A program made the translations under genes and the position numbers. A DNA stretch of 64,000 nt from Macrostomum lignano (Eukaryota): assembly GCA_002269645.1 (NCBI GenBank), contig NIVC01003583.1:25592-89591 (forward strand). The letters run 5' to 3'. Below are positions 35,557 to 50,433 of the stretch, one piece after another. The first letter of the stretch is position 1, and each line of letters starts with the position of its first letter. The notes beneath the pieces were generated by a model. That model was not told the origin of the DNA, searched no databases, and saw only the letters and a list, made by a program, of their open reading frames with translations.

Positions 35557-38500
35557 TCATTCGGCAAACTCGGACGAGACGCACCGTTCGACGCCCTCCG
35601 CTCCCTGCAGAGCCCGCGCTGCCAGCTCCGCTCCGAAGACCTCAGACGGAACCCGCGGTCGGCTGCGGTCGCTCGGGTAGCGACAGTCGTCCACCATGGC
35701 GCCCGCCAGGTCGGCAACGTGACCGGCCAGGCTGCTCTGCAGGTCGCTGCTCGAGACGCAGCTCAGATGCTGGCTCAGCTGGTGGCTGCGCTCGATGGGC
35801 TGACCCTGTCTCAGCAGCAATGCCTTCAGCGCCTTCTCAGTAGCCTGCCAGCTGATGTAGCAGGCCCAGTTGTACTCTCCGGCCTCAGCCAATCGCGCAG
35901 CCGAGCGCAGGTCGTGCCGCGCCGTCTTCAGGTACCTCGCCGCATCGTCAGGCGACGGTTTGGCAAAGTTTGCGCCACCTGAACTGCAGAAAAAGCTGGC
36001 AGAACCGCCGCCTCTCGAACTGCCAGACCGGCCAGGGTAGCGGAAAGCGCAGCCACCGCCGCCGCCGCCACCGCTCCAGCCTCCTCCTCCGTAGCTTCTT
36101 GATCGCATGGTGACGACAACTTCCTCTGCGATGAGAATCTGTCGGTACCTGGTAACCGAGTTGTCTGCTCGCGCCATCCACCAATGCACTGATCGAACTG
36201 TCGGGTCCATCCATGATTAGCAGCGCGCGTTCGCACCTGGTTTAATGACTCATCCGAGTTCGAGTAGTGAGCCAGTATGCGCTGAAAAATCTGGCGCTGC
36301 TGCTCGGTCGGCAGAGAAGCTGCGCTGCTCAGCAGATGATCCACCGTTGTTGCAATGTCCTCACCATTATTTTGGTTAGCTTGGGCGAAAGACCGCTCTT
36401 CAAAGGAGAACAGCGCAGACATTGAAACTCGTAGTTTCGAACCTTCACCGATTTTAATAGTAAACTCGCTAGTCCACGGGTTATCGCTGCCACCAGGGTG
36501 TCTTTCCACTACCCGAGCGTAAACAAGTCTTCCATCGTCATTTCTGTAAGCCACAATTTGGTTCACAATGTCCCTTGGTCTATCTGGCAGTTGCTTCAGT
36601 AGACACTGCTCAAACTCCGGTACAGGTTCACCGAGCACTGAGTCATCGGTTGCGCTTGGCTCTGCAAACTGCTGCTCACTGGTCTGGTGCAGTGCAATTC
36701 CTAGTCCGCGCAGAACGGCCAGCATGCTGTCTGGACTGTCCATAAGAAGCACCTGAATCAAATAACTTTTCTGCTCTGGCAAAATGTTGACACCGTAATT
36801 CAAAATCTGCATTATAATTTTGATAAAGTCCATCTGCCAGAGCTGCCTTCGGTCACCGCTCATCTCGTCCGGAATCGTAGAGTGATTCATGAGAATCCGC
36901 TGCCCATCCAGAAAGAAGTTCTTGTCCTGTTCCGAGTCCTGCTGCTCGACACCATCCAGCAGCAGACACGTGCGCAACTCGGAAAGACACACTACCGAGA
37001 AGCGAGATATCAAGATTTCACTGCAGCCAGTCGCTCGTCTCCTTTGCCAGAAAGATCCTTGTTTCCATGCAGCATGATGCTTACGATGCACAGGTGCAGC
37101 ATTGGGTGGCTCAACTTAGCTTGCAGACCGAGTAGGGTCTCACAGCGCTCACCATCGCTGCAAAACTTATTGGTGTCTGAAAGCAGCCTCTCGCTTACGT
37201 TGTCGCTCAGTTTCTTCAGGCCCATGTCGGCTGCGAGATGAAAGTACAGCCTCTGAAGCTTGTCAGTGCCCAGCTTGCAGAAGCTCAGATCAAGGAACTG
37301 TACATCCTGTGCATCCACCAATCGATTGTTGTGCGCCTCTGAGTCGTTGATGGTCAGACACCTGCAGTCCACCAGTTCGAAAGCGGCTTCCGTGCTGCTG
37401 TCTTGATGCTGACTTCTTTTAGGCAGGAAGAGCACTCTGTCGGACTCGAACTGGAGCCTGCCGCCCCGCTCCAGCAGAACTATGATACTCGATAGACAGT
37501 GCGACACTGACTTCAGTTGCTCTGCGCGAAGCGAGCCTTGTTGCTCATTCCGAATCAGTTCCAATGCAAGTCGAAGTTGCTCGATTGTGGCAGACTCTGT
37601 AGCTCCCAGTTTTGCAAACAGCTTGCGGAACTGTGAAAATTCTTGAGGACACTCGTGAATGTAAGGCAGAATAGCAGAGTTTTTATCTTGAGTAATTCTG
37701 CCAGCTGATACAAAAAATGATTTATAGCCTTCGGTTTTGATTAGCACACACGGAATATCTTTCAGAAATAGAATTGACTGAACTGCTGTAGAATTCATAA
37801 TGGTACTCAATCTTGAGTACACGGAATTCATGACATCGCTTCTCAGTGTTGCAACTTCGCCTCGAAGATCAGCTGACGTGAAGGTCGCTGCAGAGAAAAG
37901 GTTGACAACGTGGCGCAGAAAAATGGCATCAGAAACTGGCATCACTGAGCTTGCAAAGCAGCTGCCCTGGCCAACACAGCTCGGTCCGTAGGGCATGGCA
38001 GTCCAGCACAGGAAGCGAGCTTCGAACAGGGCGCACTGGGACAGACTCGCCATTCGAATTCGATCGCTCTGACAAAGGCTCTGAAGAGCGCCGTCGCTGT
38101 TGGCTACAATAAATTGAATTCCTGCCAGTTGTCGGACTACAGATTCAGTTCTGTCTTTGCGGAACTCATAGCTGTCGATAAACTTGAGCAGAGCTTCCGA
38201 TTTCCTAGATAACTCATCTGTGATACCAATGGCTCCTTGCGTTTGCAGTTCACTGGCAAAGCTGATGGCAATTGGAGCCGTGCATTCCAAGATCAGACCG
38301 GAAAATTTCATCAGCTTTCTCCATCGCTCTTCATTGTACGGCGTTGGCAAGAAGCATTGTGGCTGAAGAAACTTTTTGAAAATTTCAACATTTCCATCAT
38401 AAAACGTGTTGACGCTCCACCATTGTCCGTCAAACGGAATGAGTTTGGCTGCCCTGAGAGACTGACTGAGCATTTGAAACTTGTCAGGGTTCTTCACTTT

Positions 38501-41500
38501 AACCCTTTCGAAATCCCAGCTCAGCTCGCAAAGTTTTTCGAGATGCTTTTTTCGAGTGTCGTCGGTGAACTTGGAGAACACTGGCAGGATAAACCTCGCA
38601 TAAACCTCAAGCTCTGCCATCTCGTCGCATTGAAGCTTTTCGTACAGCATCGTGAGAGACCGGTTTGCCTTCAAGAAGATGGCCCGGCTGGAGCTCTTCC
38701 ACTCGTCCATCTCATCGGCCACGAGCGATGCCGGCAAGATACAGGCCTGCTCAGACTTGAGCGCGCAGCAGCGACCGTCAGAAGTGACAAACACCGGTAA
38801 TTGACGCACTCTTGCAAGGAGGTTCTGCTCTCCCATTCTCTTACTTAGCTCTCCCCAGTTGTTCTGAATGTACACCAAAAAGCTCACAGCCTGCTTCTCA
38901 GTGGTCGCAGATCTCTCAGCGTTCTCATTTAGAGCGAACTCCATCACTCTCAGCATGGACTCGGGCTGTCTGACGTTGCCACATAGACTGCCGACCAGCT
39001 TCAAGCCCGTCATGCTGAGCGAGGGAGCGTTGAGCTGCTGCAGAGACTCCTCGACTGCTTTGCTGCAGTCATCGAGACCGATTTTGATTGGCTCATAAAT
39101 ACAGGGCGCCAGTGAGAGGCTTGCAAAGCGCGACTGGTTTACAGGAATCAGGTGTGCGCTGCTCAGTCCTGAAGAGGATAACGTTTGCATTGGCGCATTC
39201 TTATTAGTGCATTTGTTGTCTAGAAACTCCCACACTCGATTCAACCATTGTTCGAGAAACTCAGCTTCCATTCCGAACTCTGAATATGGTAAAAAGGCAG
39301 TGTCAGTCCTGCAGATTGCAGCATGCTCTCTGTGCAGAAGAGTGCAAAAATCCATCAGCTGAAACTTTTTGCACAGCTGTTTCTGGATTAAATTGTTTTT
39401 CTTATTTTGATCGAGCTGAAACAAAACTTTCTTGTGCACAAACTCGTGCTTTGCTTCGCTGTGTGAAAACAAGTCGTGGAATTGAGTGAGAAACAGAGGT
39501 GTCCGTCCATTGTCAAACTCAGAGAGTCGGTTTCCGGCTCCTAAATTCAAGGGCACTCCGATGAGATGCTGCACCTGCTCTTGCAGTTCATCAAGCAGAT
39601 ATGCGAGCAGGCTTAAAACGGCCTAACACATCCCTCGGCAACGAATCTCGAAGTTGCTTGCACGCTGGACCCCTGAGAAATGCGCAAATGGGCACGGCGT
39701 CGGCTACCGGGGTGAACTCCAGCTGGCTCGACTCAAGCGACTGACGAAGGCCTACATGATCCGGGACCATGATGGGAAATCGCAGTTTACTCAGAACGTT
39801 CTGAAGATACTCGGTCAAATTGTTCGGAGTCAGGAATGCAGCACTACCGCTGACATCACCTGAGCTCTGTGCTAGCGGCAGCCACTTCAGCTGTTTTTCA
39901 ATTACAGAGTGCACAGGGAAGATTGCCCATCGAAATCGAAAGGCGTTTTGGAAGACAAGCTTTGCATGCTGGCCCCACAGCGTCTGATTGCTTGCGTGGT
40001 ACTCTGGAAGAAGGCTGTAGAAGTGGTGTACGCTCTGCACATTCGAATAAACTGCTTTCGCTGTTTCGAGTAGACCGCCATAGCTGTCAGGCAGAAGCTG
40101 AGTGGCCAGCAGTTGGTTCCATTGCTCCTTGACATCTACAGCTCCATCCGCCTTCCACAGAGATCTGCGCGATGGGTCCATAATGAAGTGACCGTTCACG
40201 TGTACAGGAAGTGCAGTAGGCACAGGCAATGGCAGCAGACAGTAGACGTGACCTTCAATCTTGCATGCTTCAGTCATGAAAATGGGAGCAGCGACTCCGG
40301 TCTTTGGCAGAAGACGCCACTTTCCGGAGGCCACTTGCTGCTGCAGCTGTGCGGGCATGTTGTCCAGTCGACCTCCAAGTTTTTGAAAAACGAGCCATCT
40401 TTGATTGAAATTTTTGCCAGTCCCGCTAACCGTGAGTTCGTAGGTGACCGAGCTGACTGGAATGCGACTTAACTCAGCTCCCGTGGTCTGCAGCTGTTGA
40501 CTGGCAGTTTTGCACGCCTCCTTGTAGTTATCAAAGCACCCCGATACATTCTTAACTTCCAACTTGGCGGCGAAAACTGTTGTGAACTTGTTGTCAGGCC
40601 ATACTTCGGAGAGTTGCACTTCACGGATATTCAAGAGAAACAAGGCAGTTCGCCCAAGTTCATTCTTGAATTCATCGAATAGCTGCTTGATGTCATCGGC
40701 ACTGACCGATCGTTTGCATATTCTAGATTTCTTAGCTGAGTTTACTGTTCTCAGTGGCAGTCGAAACACGGTTCCTCCTGTGTGCGTCAAGCTCTCGGAC
40801 AGTACCCCGCAAATACGTCGCGAAAAGTATCTTTCAACACTCGACGTTCTTGAACATACCTCCTGGAGAAGCCAAAGTAGCACCAGGCATGTACCTGCAG
40901 TGCGGATCCATCATGCAGAAAATATTTCCATCGGACAGAAACGACGGCGCATCCGTGATGTTGTACACACAATTGAACCCGATGCCGTACTGTCCAGCTT
41001 TCCATGCGTCGTCTCGCTTGGACCCGAGACCGAGCTTCTGGATGCCTTCGATGTCCGCATCGGAGAATGTCGAGTCGTTGTAGACGAGTAGCGCGGGTCC
41101 CTGCAGCTCCTTCCAGCTGTCACTCAGCACTTTCTCGGTCCCGTGATGCCGACGATCGATGATGAAGCTGATCTTTGATGCCCCAGCATCATCCGCATTC
41201 TGAATGAGTTCCTTGAAGAGCTCGATTCCAAGCGGGTATCCGGAAATGATGTTCTGCAGTCTGGTTGTGAGGTCCTCGTGTTGGCCGAAAGGCAGAGGCT
41301 GCATCGCTTGAGCCAGCATGCTTTCTCTCTGGCTTGGAATTCCAAGCTTCTGGCACAGCCCGAAAGAGATGTTTTCGTGGCAGAAGAAGGTCTCATTTGG
41401 TAGTTGCACGGACTTCATCCAAGGCAGGTTGTTAAAGCACAGTTGTGTGCAGGGTCTCAGAATGCGGCTATGGTCGGGTGCGAGCAAGCTCTCAGTCGCC

Positions 41501-44481
41501 AAGGCTTCATCCTGACAGTGGCCGATCTGATCGAGCATTTTAAGGCTCAAATCTAGATCGCCAGGTGCTAGTGGTACCGAAGAGTAACGATGAGAAAGAA
41601 GTTTAAGCACACCTGCATAGTGCGATGCTGTGAACTTTTGATTGACTCCAGCTGCCTTAAAAAAGCTTTCGCACTGGATGCCGCTTAGTTCGGAAGGCAA
41701 AACATGAAGAAATGGTTCGAACCCGGTATCAAATCTTGACATACTAACATCAGCAGGTTCAATGAATCCTTTTGAGGACCAAATAATATTTGGAGTCTGT
41801 TTCACCATGCTAAGGACGCTATTCCCATTGAGATAACCGGAAGAGAGTTGGGCACTGAGGTGTCGATAAACGCACCGGCTCACTCGCAGAGTTTCTTCAT
41901 TGCCAGCTCGGGTGCCGGCCAGAGCTACCAGCTGCTGCCAAGCCACCTCATTGGTGACGTGCCTCACGTTCAGAACTCCAATTTGAGCCAAAAGATCTTG
42001 TCTCTTTGATGAGGCAACATCACGCAGCACCGTCTCGTCCAAAATAAGCTGCGATGCGGATACAAGATCTTTGCAGCTGGCATCAAACAGCTGACAAGGC
42101 TGGAAAAGTTGCGTTTTTGGATACTGATCTGAAAGCCAGACAAGGCAACTGCCGTTAGCTTTCTTCAAGGCAGGTAGAAATGCTACGTTTCTCAGCTGAC
42201 TGATCGGCTGGTTTGAAAACCGAGAACGGAACGAATCCAAGTACGAAAGCAGCAACACCGTGCGCTCGGTTCTCTGAGGCTCGGAGAGCGCAGCAACTGA
42301 CTGAGCGCGACTCAGCAACTCGGCCCAATTGAGATCCGCACGGAGCCCGACTGTGCGGAGCGCTTTTAGCTGATCCGGTGTTTGCAGGTCGCTGTGAGGA
42401 AAAACGCTTGCGTTCATTTCAAACAGCTTTGCAGCCTGACAGCTGGTGTCCAGAAGCTGCACAGGCTGACACAAGGCGTTTCCAACGTTAGGAATGCAAT
42501 AAGACTGCTTTAGCTGATTTACAACGCTTTGAGTTACAATTCTAGAAGCGGAGCTCCAGTCTGCATTGCCGCTTCCACTAATAACATCCAGCATGAATTT
42601 CAGCGCTCTAAAGCAGTCCTCAGAGTAGCCCAACTGCCACAAGCGAGGCATGTTCGGCACCAAATTAAGCAGCAGTGTCTCGCCCGACCACTGACGCTGC
42701 AGAATCTTGTTCGTCAGTCCCAGCTGCTCCACAGTTCGTCGAACTCCATCGGTCAACGATGCGACACCTTCGTGCTGACCCACGAGTCTCGTGGCGAGTC
42801 GACTCAAACAATCTGAAATCCCACCCAGTGACAGGATGCTGGGATCCAGAAACACTGTGTGACCCAAACTTTTCCAGCCGGCTGATGTGTGAAAGATTGA
42901 CGCCTGACCGTCAAGCAGGGAGGCGTAGAACTTCTCAATAAGCGGCCTCCACACAGACTGAGTAGCTCTGTCGAATCGAGGCCACAGCTCTTGCGAAATC
43001 TCTGCATTCACCAAAGACATTCCGCTTAGAATCTTCAGAGCGTCGATGTAGGCAGGACAAATGACGTCTGTGAGCAGCACTCGGTTCCACTCGCCGAGAC
43101 TCCACACGCCCTGCTTCTCGTCGACCGTGACCTCGTTGAGGTGTCGTCGGCTCGAGGTGACGGAGAAGCTCGCGTTCAGCATCACCGGAAATGGATTTTC
43201 GACAGGCAGCGGTAGGAAACAGAACAGCAGCGAGGCCGGCTGTGTGTCACGTGAAAGCGGCACGATCCTGTGAGACTGCTCGATGGGCAGCGCCACGGCT
43301 CCCACAGGCGCCAGTCCGAGACGACGCTGCTCCAACGCGACAGCGAGCGACTGCCCAGTGCCGACAGCAGCGCACACGAGCCACACTCTGGTGGAGACGG
43401 CTGTGCTGATCTGGAACTGGTCATGAGCTGAGTCTCCAAGCTGAACCTCTACCTCGACAGTCGCTTGACAGCGATGTGCTTGATCTCGTCCAGACCCTCC
43501 TTGAGTAGCAGATTCGATCAGAGCTTCGGCTACCTTGAGAATAGAGCTCTGAGCAGCGAACTCTTGATCCGCTTGTGACATTCCTGCTATTGGTAGCGGT
43601 GGCAGTGAAATGGCATGTCGCTGGAAATATTTGAGAGGGCTCTTGTGAACGCAGAACACGAGTTGAGTTTGATTTGAAGGATCGGTCGCATTGGACGGCA
43701 GGAACAGACACCGGAATGTTCGCACTGTCTGGGTGAACAGAAGCATAGTGTCAGCTTGCTCTGCAGCCAGTCTCAGCAAGCCGCGGATCTCTGAGTCAGA
43801 GTACACGCGATCGCAGATCTTCGACTTCGCTGCCTGAGCCTCAGTGCGCAGCGGAAGACGCAGCAGCGTGCCGGCGAAGTTTCCTTCATCCGCTTTCAGA
43901 TTGCAGCCTGAGACTCCAGCGAACGGTGCAAACTGGTTGGCGTACCGATCCAGCCATCTCGGCTGTGCTTGAAAGTCGAGCTCAACTCCAGTGTCCCTGT
44001 CCCCATGACTCGCGTACACCGTCTCCAAGTAGCCCTCGCCCCTGCGCTCACCGTGCGGGTCGAGGATCAGCATGCGGTGTCGACTGAGGATCTGCGGCAC
44101 GTCAGTCAGGTTGTACACCGAGTTGAAGCCCAGACCGAAGCGACCGACCTTGGCCGTCTTCTCCAGCTTGGTGGCTCCGCTCAGCTGCAGGATGTTGTCG
44201 AAATCCTCGTCGCTGAAGGTGGCGTTGTTGAAGGCCCACAGCGCCCGTCCCTGACAGTCGGCCATCGCCGGATCGAGCAGCGACTCGGAGCCGCGCCAGT
44301 CGGAGTTCTCGCGACAGTCGTAGAGCAGCGTGACCTCGGTGGCGCCCGCGTCGTCAGCGTTCTGCAGCAGCTCCTTGGGCACCGCCAGACCGTCAGAGTA
44401 CTCGTCGAGCAGTCGCTTGAGTCGTCGGGTGAGCGGCTCGGACTGTCCGCGCAGACGCAGGCCGTCGGAGGTCTGGGCCAT
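35557..44481 (-). pseudogene. SACS: Sacsin-like gene copy 3, disrupted
   Basis: ORFs 40834-44535, 39591-40883, 37010-39574, 35928-37091 and 35557-36210 tile the same protein (ATG 44481). Breaks: -1 at ~40836, ~40796, ~37012 and ~36156, plus a 25-bp deletion with a 2-bp insertion at ~39624 relative to copy 2. Confidence 0.75.
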
Positions 44482-46647
44482 TCTGGAGGCCTGTGCGTAG
44501 GATTTTTGAGGGCTTGAACTGTGATTGAAGTACATGAGAATGCATGACTTGCATGCACAGGTTTGCGCTATCGGGCATTGTGTTGGAAACCCTAATCTTC
44601 TTTTTAGTCGTTGTCCAACAAACTTTTGCTATTTGACGCGTTTAGTCTGTTCGATTCAAAATAATGATTGATAAAGTAACATGTCTGTGTGATTTTAATG
44701 CTGTCAGTTAATTTTTACGGGTGTACGAGCGTACGTATATTAGCTGACCGATTCTAAGAAGGTTTTCAGACCATCTCTTTGGAGAAACCTTTCTGTCTGT
44801 GCAGAATTATAAGTTAATTTATTCAAAACGACTTTGACAATCTCGGTTTAGTTCTAAACCTGAAAAGTCTTTAAACTGACATTACTGATAAAAAAATATG
44901 AGCTGCAGCTTATTATTTGTGCAGCAGAAAAGTTCAAAGAAAGGTTTTCGTATAAAATCCAGCCACGAATAAAAAGGCCTTCAATATCGCAACTTTTTCA
45001 AAGTCTACTCTCCTACAGTGCGGCTGCTCCGCCTTCTGGTTGGAAAGCGAAAATCTGCCATTTTACTGCTACGAGTATTTTACGAGTACTTCAGTAGCAC
45101 ACAGGCACGCTTGTAGGCAAAGAAAGAAGCTCACGACACCACTGCCCAAGTAGAAAAGAACAAAGAGCTCTGAGTTCTGACTCGAAAGTGCCCTGCGCAA
45201 ACAAAGTACTGAACAAAGAGTAGACACTTGTACATGCCTAGCGATAAAATAAAGTTAGGGCCGCTGTACACTCCTGTGTGAGTGTGTGCCTGCGTACGTT
45301 TCCGCGCGCTTGTATGCCTGCTCAGGGGAGTCGGCGGAATGGGCAGTAATGCCTCTCGCCGGTTGTGTGCCTATGTCGCTTAAAGTGCGCCAGGGTGCAC
45401 ACAACCCCCTGCCTCTAATAAAAAGAGTAGACACTTTGAGTCGTGATTGGAGAAAAATAGCATTTATTTGTTGGCCTGGGCCGCCATTGTATTGGTTCTG
45501 AACTCTGAGCTCTGAATTCTGATTTCCCGCCTGTGATCTTATTATACTCTACAGTTAGATTTCTTACCATTTCATTTGAATTTGAACTGAACTTCAGCCA
45601 GAATCTACATGCTATATTGCTATATACGAGTACTTACATTTACATACGAGCACATACTTACACACTTACAATAGCACACAAGCTCCAAATTGAACAATTT
45701 TTGTAGGAGTGTCAAAGTTATTAGTGCGCCAGAGGCAAGGCTACATTTAGATATCCCCTTTTTGCTTTTCCCATAACACGCCAGGGTACTACGAAAGATT
45801 TGAAGCCCATAGTTCGTGTCATTTTATTTTAGAGGGAAGTAGGCCCCAGAGACCAAGAAATAGTTCAACTAGGCTGTGTTGTATCTCTAATAGATAATCG
45901 GCTTAGCTTAATAATCCGCTCAGTCGCGGTGGCCGTCTTCAGTATATTTGCATACGGTTACAGTCACGCGTATAATTGTCTATGGCCAAAGCCACACAAA
46001 CCAAGGCTGGGGATACACCAGACTGCACTTTGGACGAAAAAAGCGGGACTTAAACTCCATTGAAAACTGGCACGTGGCGCCGCTCTCCCACCCCAACACG
46101 AGGTTAGATGTGGAAGCTCGCTCACTTGTCACTCCAGATTCCGGGGTTGCTTGAGTTTGGGAAACGGTCTCTTGGAAAAGTTATTTGATAGCTGACAGCA
46201 GCTGTTATTGGATTGTGATTTAAGAGACAAGACTGCACAGTGCAATGCATCATTATCTGCAATACTATCTTTGTCATTGCTTTGCAGAGAAGCAATGAAA
46301 AACTGGGGGGGGGGGTAGGAGGGTGACTAATTTATTTAATTGTACACCACTGAATATGCAAAAAGCACACATAGCATCATGCGCTTGGTGCCCAAGACCC
46401 CGCCCCCTGCTACAGTCTATACGTTTCTACTCGCTCTACTTTGTTTACCTGCTCTTTCCTCCCAGTCCCCTATCCCCTAAGTCCTTGGTTAGCACAATTG
46501 CCACCATAGCGCAAAATGGGGGAAGAGCTTCTCACAGTCCACTGATGCTATTTCTAGAAGCCTCTTGAGAGTACAGTTATTCAGCTGCCTTTGTATTGGT
46601 GCAGTGCATGCTCATCTTATGATGTATTAATATTTATTAGGTTACCC

Positions 46648-46860
46648 CACAGATAGATGGGCCACTGGCGTGTATATATACTTTGTAAAACAGCTTTCTA
46701 CTTCTAGAACTTCTAGTTAAGTAGCAAAGAAGAATACATAAAGCTATTTTTTATAAAAAATAAAGGCAGCTAAAATGACTTCGATAAGTTTAGAAACCCA
46801 AGCTTGCAGGCGTAATAGACAGCTTGCTAATTGGTTCAGCAATAATGTACATTGGCCATT
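46648..46860. mobile_element. Truncated CACAGA-family MITE
   Basis: CACAGATAGATGGGCCACT..AAAACAGCTTTCTACTTC..GCTAATTGGTTCAGCAATAATGTAC matches the left half of 27557-27979; no right TIR found. Confidence 0.7.
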
Positions 46861-47358
46861 TCAGAACATGTGAAGCCACACGAAAGACTTTTTGAACAAA
46901 AAATTGCTGCCCCAGAAAAAAGCATTGATAACAGACATCGAAGAGTTCTCGGCAACAGTGATCAGTGACCATTGACACGTGCAAACGCTTCATTGATCAC
47001 ATTTATGCGGTTATCACTGCTAAAGCTATCGGTAGGGATTAAAAAATCCAAGAATTTTTGCCTAGGTGTATGTAGCTCTCAACTCAATTGCAGAAAACTA
47101 CCTGGCTATCAGGCTATTGATTTCTCGGTTGCTTTGTTCGATTTGACTCGAACAGAAGGAGTCTTGAGAAGTTCGAAGAGTCTTGCATTGCCAAAGTGGA
47201 AACAAAGTGGATGGGGTGGAGATGGGACGGGTACACCTAGGGAACGAGAAAGACGCAGCTTCTGTTGCTTACTCATTGGCTGCTCAAAAGAATTTCCGCG
47301 GAATTCCTTTGATGCTCCGCAAAGAATTGTGATTTTTCCGTGCACCCAACTGTAGATA

Positions 47359-50300
47359 GCAGACCCCAGTCCCTCACAAAGCACACACACCAGTCCCTCA
47401 CACAGCACACACACCAGTCCCTCACACAGCACACACACTCAGTCCCTCACACAGCATAGACACCAGTCCACCAGTCCCTCACACAGCACACACCAGTCCC
47501 TCACACAGCACTGACACAAGTCGACCAGTCCCTCACACAGCATAGACACCAGTCCACCAGTCCCTCACACAGCACACACACCAGTCCCTAACACAGCACA
47601 GACACCAGTCCACCAGTCCCTCACTCAGCACACACACCAGTCCCTCACACAGCACACACCAGTCCCTAACACAGCACAGACAAAAGTCCCTAACACACCA
47701 CAGACACCAGTCCACCAGTCCCTCACACAGCACACATACCATTCCCTAACACACCACAGACACCAGTCCACCACTCCCTCACACAGCACATACACCAGTC
47801 CCTCACACAGCACACACACCAGTCCCTCACACAGCACATACACCAGTCCCTCACACAGCACACACAACACTCCTTCACACAGCACACACACCAGTCTCTA
47901 ACACAGCATAGACACCAGTCCACCAGTCCCTAACACAGCACACACACCAGTCCCTAACACAGCACAGACACCAGTCCACCAGTCCCTCACACAGCACACA
48001 CACCAGTCACTCACACAGCACACACATCAGTCTCTCACTCAGCACACACACCAGTCACTCACACAGCACAGACACCAGTCACTCACACAGCACAGACACC
48101 AGTCCCTCACACAGCACACACACCAGTCCCTCACACAGCACACACACCAGTCCCTCACACAGCACACACACCAGTCCCTCACACAGCACAGACAAGTCCC
48201 TAACACACCACAGACACCAGTCCACCAGTCCCTCACACAGCACAGACACAAGTCCCTAACACACCACAGACACCAGTCCTCCAGTCCCTCACACAGCATA
48301 CACACCCAGTCCCTCACACAGCATAGACACCAGTCCACCAGTCCCTCACACAGCACACACACCAGTCCCTCACACAGCACACACACCAGTCACTCACACA
48401 GCACACACACCAGTCCCTCACTCAGCACACACAGCAGTCACTCACACAGCACACACACCAGTCCCTCACACAGCACACACACCAGTCACTCACACAGCAC
48501 ACACACCAGTCCCTCACTCAGCACACACAGCAGTCACTCACACAGCACACACACCAGCCCCTCACACAGCACACACCAGTCCCTCACACAGCACTGACAC
48601 AAGTCCACCAGTCCCTCACACAGCATAGACACCAGTCCACCAGTCCCTCACACAGCACACACACCAGTCCCTCACACAGCACACACACCAGTCCCTCACA
48701 CAGCACACACACCAGTCCCTAACACTGCATAGACACCAGTCCACCAGTCCCTCACACAGCACACACCAGTCCCTCACACAGCACTGACACAAGTCCACCA
48801 GTCCCTCACACAGCATAGACACCAGTCCACCAGTCCCTCACACAGCACACACACCAGTCCCTAACACAGCACAGACACCAGTCCACCAGTCCCTCACACA
48901 GCACACATACCATTCCCTAACACACCACAGACACCAGTCTACCAGTCCCTAACACAGCACAGACACCAGTCCACCAGTCCCTCACACAGCACTGCCACCA
49001 GTCCCTCACACAGCACACACACCAGTCCCTCACAGAGCACACACACCAGTCCCTCACACAGCACAAACACCAGTCCCTCACACAGCACAGACACAAGTCC
49101 CTAACACACCACAGACACCAGTCCACCAGTCCTTCACACAGCACACACACCCAGTCCCTCACACAGCATAGACACCAGTCCACCAGTCCCTAACACAGCA
49201 CACACACCAGTCCCTAACACAGCACAGACACCAGTCCACCAGTCCCTCACACAGCACACACACCAGTCCCTCACACAGCACACACACCAGTCCCTCACAC
49301 AGCACACACACCAGTCCCTCACACAGCACAGAAACAAGTCCCTAACACACCACAGACACCAGTCCACCAGTCCCTCACACAGCACAGACACAAGTCCCTA
49401 ACACACCACAGACACCAGTCCTCCAGTCCCTCACACAGCACACACACCCAGTCCCTCACACAGCATAGACACCAGTCCACCAGTCCCTCACACAGCACAC
49501 ACACCAGTCCCTCACACAGCACACACACCAGTCACTCACACAGCACACACACCAGTCCCTCACACAGCACACACACCAGTCCCTCACACAGCACTGACAC
49601 AAGTCCACCAGTCCCTCACACAGCACACACACCAGTCCCTCACACAGCACACACACTCTGCCCCTAACACAGCATAGACACCAGTCCATCAGTCCCTCAC
49701 ATAGCACACACACCAGTCCCTAACACAGCACAGACACCTGTCCACCAGTCCCTCACTCAGCACACACACCAGTCCCTCACACAGCAGAGACACCAGTTCA
49801 CCAGTCCCTCACACAGCACACACACCAGTCCCTAACACAGCACAGATACCAGTTCACCAATCCCTCACTCAGCACACACACCAGTCACTCACACAGCACA
49901 GACACCAGTCCCTCACACAGCATATACACCAGTCCCTAACACAGCACAGACACCAGTCCACCAGTCCCTCATACAGCATAGACACCAGTCCCTCACACAG
50001 CATACACACCGGTCCCTCACAGCACAGACACAAGTCCCTAACACACCACAGACACCAGTCCACCAGTCCCTCACACAGCACACATACCATTCCCTAACAC
50101 ACCATAGACACCAGTCCACCAGTTCCTCACACAGCACACACACCAGTCCCTGACACAGTATAGACACCAGTCCACCAGTCCCTCACACAGCACACACACC
50201 AGTCCCTCACACAGTATAGACACCAGTCCACCAGTTCCTCACACTGCACACACACCAGTCCCTCACACAGTATAGACACCAGTCCACCAGTCCCTCACAC

Positions 50301-50433
50301 AGCACAAACACCAGTCCCTCACACAGCACACACACCAGTCCCTCACACAGCACAGACACCAGTCCCTCACACAGCACAGACACCAGTCCTTCACACAGCA
50401 CACACACCAGTCCATCACACAGCACAGGCACCA
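47359..50433. repeat. ~3.1 kb minisatellite, base unit ~24 bp (CCAGTCCCTCACACAGCACACACA) with CCAGTCCA inserts
   Basis: Tandem variant units read directly; related to the 27983-28690 unit. Confidence 0.97.
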
